Origin: Peribolospora baueri
Lineage: Eukaryota
Direction of reading: 5' to 3'
Assembly: GCA_029717555.1 (NCBI GenBank)
Contig: JAMDHS010000022.1
Location: 62,001 to 126,000, forward strand
DNA: 64,000 bases
Shown piece by piece: positions 63,822-64,000 of the stretch. The notes under the pieces are model-generated. The model saw nothing but the letters and a program-made list of their open reading frames with translations, searched no databases and was not told the DNA's origin. The translations under genes were made by a program, and so were the position numbers. The stretch's first letter is position 1. Each line of letters opens with the position of its first letter.

Positions 63822-64000
63822 CAGAGGTCTTCCATAATTCCTGCCGCGTCTACTACGATCTCTGTCTTTTCCTTTTCTACCCGTTCTTGTACCAGTATTC
63901 CCACTACAGACTCTCGAGTTCTCATGTAAAAGGAAACGATTATTATTACCCCGCTCAAGAATCGGGTCGCGGGCCGCGAGCATGGAAAGGAAGCATGTCA

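Noticed and set aside
1..64000. Prokaryote-type systems (CRISPR arrays, operons, defence islands), rRNA and tRNA genes
   Set aside because: The sequence is spliced eukaryotic DNA. I found no repeat-spacer arrays or recognisable structural RNA genes by eye; a tRNAscan or Infernal run would be needed to exclude small ncRNAs.

Overview
GC-rich, intron-dense eukaryotic DNA, almost certainly a basidiomycete fungus. Introns are mostly 60-220 nt, with GTRAGY-type donors, CTRAC/CTCAC branch sites and YAG/AAG acceptors. I reconstructed about 25 spliced protein genes by hand: two F-box proteins, a PrpF/Adi1-like isomerase, a secreted GH3 beta-glucosidase with about 24 introns, NTF2, a conserved unknown, Mic12-like, MSS51, DSC3, a 64-aa microprotein, an ACS/Dal5-type MFS permease, a two-RRM RNA-binding protein, VPS23, a cytochrome b5-like MAPR protein, two head-to-head small thaumatin-like secreted proteins, a Chs4/Skt5-type Sel1-repeat protein, an auxin-efflux-carrier-like transporter, mitochondrial AsnRS, MAK3, an orphan coiled-coil ORF, HSP12, an MMtag protein and PRI1. 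I recognised no rRNA, tRNA, CRISPR array or transposon. The most unusual signal is in splicing. The GH3 reading frame appears to require a single-nucleotide exon (C8057) followed by a 3-nt exon (AAG, 8153-8155), inside a run of 7-14-nt microexons. Two GC-AG introns and many AAG acceptors occur elsewhere. The divergent pair of small thaumatin-like genes, fragmented in the ORF track, is the second highlight. All gene models are manual predictions with no transcript or database support.
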